DNA from: Octopus vulgaris
Lineage: Eukaryota
Assembly: GCA_951406725.2 (NCBI GenBank)
Contig: OX597821.1
Location: 51,956,001-52,020,000, forward strand
Length of the DNA stretch: 64,000 bases
Direction: 5' to 3'
The notes under the pieces are model-generated. The model had not been told where the DNA came from and searched no databases. It worked only from the letters and a program-made list of their open reading frames with translations. Below are positions 12,661 through 23,792 of this stretch, one piece after another. Numbering within the stretch: the first letter of the stretch is position 1; every line of letters starts with the position of its first letter. Made by a program: the position numbers and the translations under genes.

Positions 12661-12883
12661 TATCTGTAAATATAATATGTGACAATTATTCGGCAGCCAT
12701 GATAAAACTCCAAGATTCAGATGTTGGGGCGAAAACCCATGCTGCCATCTCTTCAGTTATTGAGCCATCGAAAAAAATGCCTGATAACTGAAGAGATAGC
12801 GATGTGGGTTTCTGCCCCAACATCTGAAACTCGGAGTTTTATCATGGCTACCGAATAACTGTCACATATTATATTTACAGATA
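12661..12883. repeat. Inverted repeat (arms of about 100 bp, spacer about 23 bp) of Penelope-like termini
   Basis: 12661-12760 is the reverse complement of 12784-12883 with scattered mismatches. Confidence 0.9.
12782..12844 (+). ncRNA. Type I hammerhead ribozyme motif
   Basis: TGATAA-CTGAAGA-GAT...ATC-T-GAAA-CT-CGG-AG-TT-TTATCA. 6-bp stem I, stem III ACT/AGT, predicted cleavage after GUU at 12838. Confidence 0.7.
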
Positions 12884-13472
12884 TATATATATTTATATAT
12901 ATATATATATATATAAATGGGACAAGAACGCAAAACATCCGGACAACTAGGTGATACAAAAGAGACAACAAAACATCCAGATAGACAATACAAAAAAACA
13001 AGGATGGGTCATTCGAAGCCTTTTATCCTCAGTCAAGAACCGGATCATCCTCGCAATTTCAGCTGATTAATCTTGAAATTGCTCCAATCTGGCCAGCCTC
13101 AAGGAAAAACCAAGCTAAGAGTACTAGATTCATTGGAAAAAAGCATCAAATGAATATGAAAACAAGGACAGAAAAACAGACGATGCCACACAAACATAAA
13201 CACAAAAATACAATAAAAACAACAATAACAGGTCATAACAACAGGCGTCCTTTGACTGGGGACAAATAGATACCCAGCTGGTGTGTGTGGAAATGAAACC
13301 CCACAGCAGAGGGAAGAATATCGATGTGGCAGTGACCACAGTTAGACACAAAAGGGCCAGCAGTCCGGCCCACCGGTCATGTGAGAAGAGAGAGAAAAAG
13401 AGGAAAAGAATTAAGGAGGGGAAGGAGAAGAGAGAGAGAGAGAGAGAGCATGTATATATATATATATATATA

Positions 13473-14323
13473 TGGGGTGTTCAGACTAAATTTGGTGCTT
13501 TTTTTTGTTGTTTTTCAAGAACAGCTTGATGTATTGGTGTTAGAGAGCATAAAGTAGTTGGGAAAAAGTTAGCTCATATGGAAAACTGAAAGCCATCTTA
13601 ATATTGGAAATGACTTACCTGTATCATGATGATTTACACCAGGTGTCAAAATGCCAACACCATGACTGCTGCTCAATGTTCTGTGAACACTGCAAAGGTT
13701 GTATGACATGACATGGACAACTGCAACAGAGACTATGAAGCAGTGACCAGCAGGAAGGGATAGAACAGGCATTCTGACTGTGTCCACATGCTAGAATTTA
13801 CCCAACAGCTGCAGGAACAATGCCTTAGGCTCAGTTCAAAGGGCTATGTGAAGCTGCTGGAAACTGGTCAAACCTTGACTGAAGAGGGTTACTGTTGGAA
13901 GGCTATATGTATGACAGTAGGAGCTAGCTCCTTGTCATACCTACAGAAAGAGTCAGAAGTGGTTGTCAGAGAATTTCTATGGCTTTACTAGCCCCAATTT
14001 CTAGCTTTCTAATAACTCAGGTTCAAATTCCCAGGTTTACTATGTGTGGAATACTGTTGAGAAACACACCAACTGCTTTGGTGGCAACACCTAGGCCAAG
14101 CTTGTGGTCAAGATCGAGGAGGTGTTGGAAGATCTTCCCAAGGACACAGTGAGGAACACATGCACAGGTTCCAGATCTTGAGGCTGTGGCAGAAGCTGAA
14201 GATAGCTACTTTGAGTGAACTGTCATCTACTTAATATCGTTTGATATTTCAAATATACTTTTAATTTTGGATGGGATAGTGTATTCTTTTCTTTGTATGT
14301 AAACATTTAGTCTAAATACCCTG
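13473..14323 (+). mobile_element. Tc1/mariner-superfamily defective element, same family as 8631-9506 but in opposite orientation
   Basis: TIRs tggggtgttcagactaaat and atttagtctaaataccctg. Internal cagaagtggttgtcagagaatttc...cttcccaaggacacagtgaggaacacatgcac is homologous to 8800-9010. Confidence 0.8.
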
Positions 14324-15084
14324 TGTATATATGTGTGTGTGTCTGTATTATCTGAAATGTATAGTATTAAATATCCATCATGGCTTATCTCATCAATAGT
14401 TTTCATGTAAAAAAAACATTGGAGTGTTAGGTAACATACCAAGTATATAACTTTATGCTCATCAGAGTTACCTGATATGGAAGGGAATATAGTGACTACT
14501 CTCTATTGTTGGAGGTGGATTAGCACAACCGGTCAGTGGCTGCTGTGAAAGGAATCATAGGTTTAGTTTAGGAGTTATGTCCCTTGGTTCTGTATGTCGT
14601 AAAGCTGGCAAGAATTAAGTGGGGAAGTGTGTATTATTAATGCGGGGATGGGGTGTGTGGCATGTGTAGCAGTGTGATATACATAATTTTTTTCTGGGGC
14701 TATATGTGTATATAGCTGCGTTCATTGGTCTGTTCATCTTTCTGAAAAGGACAAAGTTGTGATGGTGGTGGTGGTTGTGGGGCTATGTTAGCATGCAGTG
14801 TGTGTGTGTGGGGGGTCAGTGTATATTTGGGGGTACAATTTGTGTGAAGTGATATGTGTTGGAGGGGGGGGTGCCTTATAGGGGTAACTGTATGTGAGTG
14901 TGTGTGTGTGTATATGGGTGCCCTGGCATGTGTTTTGGTCTAACTCCTTTTGCCAGGCTCAAAAGTAGGTACACACACACACACGTGTGTGTATGTGTGT
15001 GTGTGTATATACAAACCATGCACAAATACTGATATACATATATTTGTGTTTATATGTATATACACACCAAGCATTGTTAGTTAA

Positions 15085-15170
15085 AACACAAACGAAAACT
15101 TAAAACTCAAACACATCGAAATTGCTTTCTGTTTGTTTGAATTATATTTTATTTATATTAGTTTTATTCT
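15085..15170 (-). terminator. Candidate polyadenylation site of the cyclase transcript (would imply a 3' UTR of about 4.6 kb)
   Basis: Two AATAAA on the minus strand (tttatt near 15148 and 15164) followed by a GT/T-rich downstream element (tgtgtttgagttttaagttttcgtttgtgtttt). Other AATAAA lie closer to the stop, so this is uncertain. Confidence 0.35.
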
Positions 15171-15339
15171 TATTTTGGAAATTATTCAGATAAATTCAAA
15201 CAAAAATAAAGACAAAAAAAAACATAACATTACATTACTTACCTGAAAATAGAAAACATTGTTACATAATATCACAGCACACTACCAAACTATGGTACAC
15301 GTGACCTCGGTGTCTATAACATATGTATCTGTATTTGTA

Positions 15340-15593
15340 TTTAGCTAAGTATGTATATATAGGTTTGAGAATGTATGTGCGTATATGTTTGTGTATACAT
15401 GCATGTGTATGTATATATATTTATATGCTTCTATATATGTGATGCCCAGTGGTGTGTTCTATGTATATAACTATGTTGTTATATATATTTATATGTATGT
15501 GTGTGTGTGTGTGTATGCATTGTCTATGTATATAAATGTACAAATGTACATGTAAGTGTATGTATATATCTATTACGTATATATACACATATA

Positions 15594-15628
<35 letters not shown>

Positions 15629-16060
15629 GAATATGCATTTGTATGTATGTCGGTATAAATTTATACCTGGTTATATGTGTATATATGTGCATGTGTATAT
15701 ATATGTGTGTATGTATGACTGTGTGTGTGTGTATATATATATACACACACACACACATATATATGTATAAATATATATATATATATCTGTGTGTGCACAA
15801 ATACATACACACACATATACATGTATATGTTTATATGCATGTGGTGCAAGGTTCAGTTCCTTATGAATCACTGGATTTTAATGTCTATATATTTATATGA
15901 ATGACACTATTTTTATGCATATATTTATGTATATTCGAACATGTAAGTATATATAAGTGTGTTTATGCATATATTTATGTATATTTGAACATCTATGTGT
16001 ATATAAGTGTGTATATATTTATATAAGTGTGTCTATATTTATAAATGTGTGTGGGTATTT
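15340..16060. repeat. (TA)/(TG) low-complexity region including a tandem duplication of about 50 bp near 15910-16012
   Basis: Direct reading. Confidence 0.85.
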
Positions 16061-17189
16061 GTATGTGAATCAAGGTTTAATTCTCAGTCGATCACTTAAA
16101 TGTTTTCCTTAGCACTTTGTAGTGTGATTTCATTAGCATTGAGGTAGTGTGGTCTCTATTGGGCTCTTTGCCCTGGGACACATCACACCGCATGGAAGTG
16201 GAAGCCTTTTTGTTGTTGACCCAATGGTATATTTGGGTTTATGACATGATTTTTGAAATGTTTCATGACTATGTCGGAGATGTAAGTTAGGTGTGCAGGT
16301 ATTAGTGAGCGAGGAGATGAAGGAGTAGTCGACATATGATGGGAGAAATATATTGAATTGTTTCTATCTTCCATGGATAAATAAATAAATAAGTTCATCT
16401 ATGATGAAATATTTTGTTTGTATTTTGAGTGATACATATTTTGATATATAGGTATATATGCACCTGAATATTTGTAAGGTTTTTATACATATATATATAT
16501 ATATATATATACATACACACATATATATGCATATATAAATATATATCTATACGTATATAAATATCTATACATATACAAATATATATATGTATATGTGTGT
16601 GTGTGTGTATATATATACATATATACATATATGTATACAAATATTTGAGTGTTATATTTTGCTTGAAGCATTGCAGAATATATAAAAGAAAAACAGTGAT
16701 TTAGAAAGCCATAGCAATGCAGTGGAAGGACAAAACAAGAACTAAAGATGAACTATTACCTTTAAGCATTTGATAAACCTTATATTTCAGGTAAAAATAC
16801 CCTTAATCAATGCTATAAATTCTTGGCACAGTATCTAGACTGTTTTCTTCACATTGATAAGGGATATATTTGCTCAAAACATATGGATTATTAAATGTTT
16901 TAAGGCAAAAATTCTGTCTTTGTTCTTGTCCTTATTTTTATAATCTTCACCCAACTGCATTACTATGAATATCTTAATATGTATATATGCAGATATATAT
17001 GTGTGTGTGTATGTGTATATATATATATATATTTATATATATTAATTTATATATGTTAGAGTATATATACATACACTCACACATGCATGAGCACATACAC
17101 GCAGAAGCTAACATATATATCTACATAAAAGAACCAAGAGATATAAATAAATATAAACACATTCTGTTAGCAATATAAACACATAATGT

Positions 17190-17208
17190 AATGACAATAA
17201 CAATATTC

Positions 17209-17240
<32 letters not shown>

Positions 17241-17505
17241 TATAATAATAATAGTACTGACAATAACGGTTATAATAATTATTATTATTTCTAACATAGG
17301 CACAAAGCCACATATGCTTGTAGGGGTGGGCGCGGTCAATTATGTTAACCCCAGTATAGGACTGGTACTTTATTTATCGACCCCTGGAAGGATGAAAGGT
17401 AAAGTGGACCTCACCGGAATTTGAACACAGAACGTAAAGAGACAGATATAAATGTGGCAATGACATTTTGTTCAATGCTCTACCAATTCTGCCAGTCCAC
17501 CAGTT
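17190..17505 (-). mobile_element. SINE family B with adjacent (AAT)n
   Basis: ggatgaaaggtaaagtggacctcaccggaatttgaac matches family B. Confidence 0.75.
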
Positions 17506-18227
17506 TTTAAAATTATAATGATAATAATAATAAAGAGAGCAATATTAACGAAACATTGATAAGTGTGTCTAGCTGTGTATGTACATGTTTGTCTACAGAT
17601 CATCTAATAATGATGAACAATATAACTTCTTTTCCATGAACACATGGTAATTGTGGAATTTACATAACATCTGGCCAAAAAAATGATAAGTTCCATGGAT
17701 TTATGACCAATTCCTTCCATTAATATTCCAAGCAATAACACATCATATAAGGAATTCCAGTGAATGTGAAAGCAGTGAAGAAAATGAAAACAACAACAAA
17801 AACAAATAACATTTCAAAACAAAAAAAAAATAGTAATTGTCACTAAATAACCAATTTCATTTATTAATTCAATTGTTATTATTTTTGTTGCTTTTGTTGT
17901 TGCAGTTATTATTTCTTTATATATATATATATATTATTATCTTTTTTTTTTTCAATTATCTTTCCTTGCTCTTTTTTTCTGTCATTTTTTTTTTTTTTTT
18001 CAGTTTTTATACTATGTATTTTTATATATATTTTTTATCATTTTTATTTTCTGAATTTCAACAAATTTAAATATTTCACCAACTTCAGTCTTTCAATAAG
18101 TCTCTTCAAACCATTTCTTTCTTTTTCATTATTATTATTATTATTACTATTATTACTGTTGCTGTTGTTGTTGTTGTTATTGTTGTTATTATTGTTTTAC
18201 ATTCCTAGCTAATTCAGAGGTGGTAAG

Positions 18228-18445
18228 CAATGTTCCCTCTAAGCTGCACATTTGTGCTTGCACACACATTTTACAAATAGTGTACAGACACAAATGAAAA
18301 TGTGCGCACAAGTTTTTCAAGTTGAAATCAAGCTTTTTTACTTGAATATAGTTACTCACATGTGCACATACTTTGTAAAGAAAGACAAAATTTGCACACA
18401 AGCAAAACTCTGCACAAAGCCACAGCAAAACTGGAGAGAACATTA
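18228..18445. mobile_element. hAT-like MITE
   Basis: TIRs caatgttccctct and gagagaacatta. Degenerate 8-bp TSD gtggtaag / gaggtagg. Confidence 0.65.
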
Positions 18446-18840
18446 GAGGTAGGGGTCATTTTATTTTCTATTACATTTTATCTAGTTTTAATTTTTTTAA
18501 TAATTTTTTGGATGGGTGGTGAGAGGGAACATTAAGATTTCCCCACCTCTTTTTACTGGTATGTTTTGTCAGCCAGGCAGACTGAGATAAACAGAATGCA
18601 GTACCTGTAGTAGCAAGGTTTTTAACATATTACTATATGTATCTATATATATCTGTCTAATTACCTTTATATGGTCAATAGTTGAATAGCTTATTAACCT
18701 TAAAGTCATTAGTCAAATTCACTCAATCATGTCAGTCATTAGTATCATCTTCAATTCATGGATTTTTATTTTGCATTTTCTTGCTTTTCTTGTTTTTTTT
18801 TTCTTTTTATCATTTTAATTTTTATTTGGTTAGTTGGTTG

Positions 18841-19034
18841 CTATACACGCACACACACACACACACACATACGCATATATATATATATACTAGTGTGTGT
18901 TTGTGTGTGTATATATATATATATATACACATATATATACATATATATTATACATATATACACACATATATATATGTATATACATATACATATATACATA
19001 TATATACATATATACACATATATACATATACACA

Positions 19035-19065
<31 letters not shown>

Positions 19066-19131
19066 ACATATATACATACATATATACATACATACATATA
19101 TACATACATATATACATACATATATACATAT

Positions 19132-19162
<31 letters not shown>

Positions 19163-19245
19163 CACATATATATACATATACACACACATATATATATATA
19201 TACACATATACATATATATATATATATATGTATACATACATATGC
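18841..19245. repeat. Long compound (CA)/(TA)/(TACATA) microsatellite in the putative 3' UTR
   Basis: Direct reading. Explains the many YI/HT-rich ORFs. Confidence 0.95.
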
Positions 19246-19355
19246 AGAGATTTAACTAGATATATATTTTAATATCAACTAATATAAATTGTGTTGTTCA
19301 CCAGTATATTCAAATGTGTAACTACACAAGCAGATACAAACACACACACATACAC

Positions 19356-19388
<33 letters not shown>

Positions 19389-19750
19389 GTATGTATGTAT
19401 ATATGCATGTATATATCATGTTATGCTTCACTACCTACAGTGAAGAATGCAGTTAGCCTCATTCATACAATATATATATATAGTTCGTCAAAGGATGGAA
19501 GAGGACACACATACAGATGTATGTATGTATGCATGCATATATATGTGTGTGTGTACATGTGTGTGTATATTAAATACACATACATACATACACTCTTACG
19601 CACACACTAACACTTGCACATGACAAAATTAAAACTTTAAACACAAACATTGGTGCTTGGTGGTGTAATCTATATTAATAGTAATAATATTGATAATAAT
19701 AACAATAATAATAACAATGATAATAATAATAATAATAATCTTCATTTAGG

Positions 19751-19852
19751 TTAAGCCTCTGTTATCGTTGGTTGTGATGGAATGGCTTCTGTTTTGGTGC
19801 CATCTGGCTGAATCTCTCCCCTTAACCAGTATGTGGTTACACTTCCTTTACC
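19751..19852 (-). CDS. Guanylate cyclase last coding exon: GKGSVTTYWLRGEIQPDGTKTEAIPSQPTITEA*
   Basis: tttctag acceptor, phase 0. The GKG...TYWL motif closes the cyclase domain, with TAA at 19751-19753. Confidence 0.95.
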   Translation of the reverse strand, partial: GKGSVTTYWLRGEIQPDGTKTEAIPSQPTITEA

Positions 19853-19984
19853 CTAGAAACAAAATAAAACACAAAATAGCATTTAGTATAAGGGGCATAC
19901 AATGATGTGCTGGAACATAGAAAACATGATTTTGAGTCATTTAATCAATGATTTTAATAATAATAATAATAATAATAATAATTT

Positions 19985-20190
19985 CTACTATAGGTACAAG
20001 GCCAAGGAAGGGGATAAGTCAATTACATTGACCCCAGTACTTGACTGGTACATTTTTTAGTGACCTTGAATAGATGTAAGGCAAAGTTGGCCTCAACAGA
20101 GTTTGAACTCAGAACATGCAGACAGATGAAATGCGACTAAGGATTTTGCCTGGAGTGTTAATGATTCTGCCAGTTCACCGCCTTCCTTTG

Positions 20191-20233
<43 letters not shown>

Positions 20234-20755
20234 TAATGGTTTCAAGTTTCAGCACAAGGCCATCAATTTTAGGGGAAGGAATAAGTCAATTACATTATCC
20301 CCAGTACACAGCTGGTATGAACTTTATCAACCTCAAAAGGATGAAATGATCCTGAAAGGCAAAGTCGACCCCAAAATGATGAAACAATCCTGAAAAGTAA
20401 AGCTGACTTTGGCAGAATCAGAACTCAGAATGTAAAAATGAATGAAATGCCGCTAAGCATTTTATCCAGCATGCTAACGATTCTGCCAGCTTGCTGCCTA
20501 AATGGTAATAATAATAATAATGGTTTCAAACTTTGGCATAGGTCCAGCAGTTTTTGACAGGGGAAAAGATTTTGGAGGAGGCTTATCAATAACACCAACT
20601 CCAGTTATCAATTGGTACTTATCTTATTGACCCTCAAAGGATGAAAGGCAAAGTGAACCACTGTGGAATTTGAACTTATATAATTCAAAGTAGGGTAGAA
20701 TGCCACTAAGCATTTTGCCCAGTATGATAAGGATTCTGTGAACTCATTGCCTTAA
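19985..20755 (-). mobile_element. Three consecutive SINE B copies separated by (AAT)n
   Basis: Copies at about 19985-20190, 20240-20500 and 20520-20755, each with gaaaggcaaagt...gaactc/gaactt...attctg. Confidence 0.8.
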
Positions 20756-21134
20756 CAACAATAAACAAGAGCACTCAGAGAACACAAACCTCTGCCAGGG
20801 CAACACCAACGTCCTCTAAATGATTAGCCAGAGATGATTTTTAAAATGAGAATATCTGAAATAAACTTGACTGTTCTCACAAACAAGAATACTAAAAATG
20901 AACCCAACTACTCTCAAAAATTAGATTAAAAAATAGGAAAAATAATCCAGAATCCTTGTCTGGTACCAGATTGATCCCAAAATCTAATTAGTTTGTGCCA
21001 GTTATGAGGGCAAACATCCCTAAAAGTTTCATCCAAATCCATCCAGAAGCTCTTGATATATCTTGTTCATGGACAAACAAACAAACAAACAAACACAACT
21101 GAAAACAAAACCTCCACTAAGGTGGAGATAATAA

Positions 21135-21395
21135 TTATTCAGGGACCTTTTGAGTGGGATGGGGTACTCGACCTGAAGGAAATTCTATCTGGTCCTCACC
21201 TGCAAGATCATGCGCTGTTTATCTTGATATGAGATCACCATGTCGCACACATATAGTTGTGATGCATGTATCTGGTGTACCCTTATCAGATGGGCAGTCA
21301 TGATGGGTATACTAGGCTTCATATATTTTATCCCAGTGTCACTTTGATGGCATGCACTGCACTCTCACTCAATGATGAGGATAATAATAATAATG

Positions 21396-21450
<55 letters not shown>

Positions 21451-21660
21451 TCCTGTCTATTATAGGCACAAGGCCTGAAATTTGGGGGAAGGTATAGTCG
21501 ATTTCATTGACCCCAGTGTTTTACTGGTACTTAATTTATCGACCCTGAAAGGATGAAAGGCAAAGTTGACCTTGGCAGAATTTGAACTTAGAAGGTAGAG
21601 ACGGGTGAAATACCACCAAGTATTTCATCTAATGTGCTAATAATTTTGCCAGCTCACCAC
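21135..21660. mobile_element. 3' part of the 82-641 repeat, then (AAT)n, then SINE B (minus)
   Basis: 21135-21372 matches 405-641, and 21455-21660 matches SINE B. Confidence 0.8.
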
Positions 21661-21730
21661 CAGGACATGAAGACAGATAATCTATATTATAATGGAGAAA
21701 GCTGTTTATTAATTAGGTATGTAACAGTTA

Positions 21731-22107
21731 CAAGAAGCGATATAAAGATCATCTCAAGAAATCCCTGAAGCTCTGCAACATCCCCCCTGGTGAACTTGAA
21801 ACACTGGCCACTGACCGTTATACCTAGAGGGGTATGGTCAAAACTGGTACGCAGCATTTTGAGAATAAGCGGACGAGACTTCACGAAGAAAAGCGGAGAC
21901 AGCTCAAGGAATGTCAGCAAAATCCTAGACGAGCACATCTTTGTCGGAGCACTCTTTGCTGCTCTCAGTGTAATCGGACATGTGCCTCTAGAATCAGCTT
22001 TTTCAGCCACAAGAGGGCCTGCCAATGCTATCAGGACAACCTATAAGGATCAAAGACAACGTCATCATCTGTCAAGATGGACTGCCTTAAGCAAGTAAAC
22101 CAGCAAA
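21731..22107 (+). mobile_element. 5'-truncated RTE/BovB-like LINE 3' end with C2H2 finger
   Basis: KRYKDHLKKSLKLCNI..ETLATDR..CSQCNRTCASRISFFSHKRAC. 12-bp TSD ATGTAACAGTTA at 21719-21730 and 22108-22119. Confidence 0.85.
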
Positions 22108-22997
22108 ATGTAACAGTTATTAAAAGAAAGTGATTATTAAAGGCTTGACCATCTGGAAATATTTTTTATAAATTCATGTTCCATGAAATTTCCTGTAATT
22201 TCAATTTCTGTAGTTTATTGAATATTTAAACTACAAATTTAAATATTGCATTCATGCAGAGTAGATTTAATATATAATATTTATTCATTGCAGGTGAAAT
22301 TTTCCATTTTCACTTGCAAGTCTCTTGCTATCTCTCTCACCTCCATTTTCATTAATGATAATTTAATATATATTCATTTTAATGTTTTCATTTCATGTTC
22401 TAATTCACTATTTGCAAAAGCCACAGTTTATTCTAAATACATAATGTAAACAAATTATCTATTGAATGAATGAATGCTATTAGACAAAACAGCTGTATAA
22501 CTTTCAGGCTTCTTTTTTATAGAATGAAAATTTTTTAATATACCAGTATAATTCTTTAAAAATAAATTAAGAAGCGATTTTGTTGGCATGGCTCTTACAA
22601 TAATAATTATGTGATTGCTGCTATTTCTAGCACACTAAATGTGCTAGGGTTACCTTGAAGTTTATTTACATTACAGATATATTACAACTACGATAAATTA
22701 CTGAAAGAAATATTTACTAAGCAAGTGACATTTTTTATAAATTTAAGTTTTCAGAACTTCCATTATTATTGAATATTTCAAGTTCACAAATTTAAATATT
22801 CAGTATGAGATAGTTTGGCATTCTTTCACTTGAACCCATTCACTTTGTTAATTTCCATAAAAATCTCTTATTTATCTACCTTTTATGCAACATATTCAGC
22901 TCTATCTATTTGTAGTCTGCACACGTTTTTATATGTATGTTTGTACAAACAAAACATATACACCGAGTATGCGCAGTCAATAATATATATCTATATT

Positions 22998-23280
22998 CTT
23001 TTACATGTTTCAGTCATTTGATTGCGGCCATGCTAGAGCACTGCCTTTAAGGGTATTTTAGTTGAAGAAATTGACCTCAAGACTTATTCTTTGTAAGCCT
23101 AGTACTTATTCTATTGGCTCTCTTTTGCCAAACCACTAATGTTATGGGAATGTAAACACACCAAGATCGGTTGTCAAGCGATGGTGGGGAGACAAACTCA
23201 GACACAAAAACATAAATACATATATATACCAAAGCCTTATGAGTGGATTTGGTAGGCAGAAACTGAAAGAACCCCATCAT
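22998..23280 (-). mobile_element. SINE family A, partial
   Basis: Reverse match to 5430-5712. Confidence 0.8.
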
Positions 23281-23441
23281 ATATATATATATTCTAAATG
23301 ATTAATATGGAAGATAAAGTGTACTGGAAACTTTATTTAGGACAAGGATCATTTCAGCTTACTTCTGCTCCTTAGTACATGGGAAACAATGTAATGAAAT
23401 CAAAGGCACCACATATTGCAGAAGAAACCTCCTCAGGCTAA

Positions 23442-23792
23442 CAACATCCGAGCGTGGCCGTTCGCCAGCCTCGTCTGGCACCTGTGTCGGTGGCACATAA
23501 GAAAACACCATCCGAGCATGGCCGTCTGCCAGCCTCGTCTGGCACCTGTGTCGGTGGCACATAAAAACACCATCCGAGCGTGGCCGTCTGCCAGCCTCGT
23601 CTGGCACCTGTGTCGGTGGCACATAAAATCACCCACTACACTCTCGGAGTGGTTGGCATTAGGAAGGGCATCCAGCTGTAGAAACACTGCCAGATCTGAC
23701 TGGCCTGGTGCAGCCTTCGAGCTTGCCAGACCCCAGTTGAACCGTCCAACCCATGCTAGCATGGAAAGCGGACGTTAAACGATGATGATGAT
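23442..23792 (+). mobile_element. 5'-truncated RTE 3' UTR with three tandem units of about 62 bp and a (GAT)n tail
   Basis: Unit catccgagcgtggccgtt/ctcgccagcctcgtctggcacctgtgtcggtggcacataa(g)aaacac x3. The same 3' end follows RT sequence at 29460-30570. Confidence 0.85.

Noticed and set aside
18682-19272. Multiple overlapping long ORFs rich in Y/I/H/T
   Set aside because: Stop-free (TA)/(CA) microsatellite. The same applies to ORFs at 15.5-16.6 kb, 25.1-25.6 kb and 38.2-38.5 kb.
23442-23630. Regularly spaced GC-rich palindromic repeats resembling a CRISPR array (also 36505-36785 and 47065-47200)
   Set aside because: There are no unique spacers because the whole unit repeats. They lie in an RTE 3' UTR in eukaryotic DNA with no cas genes.
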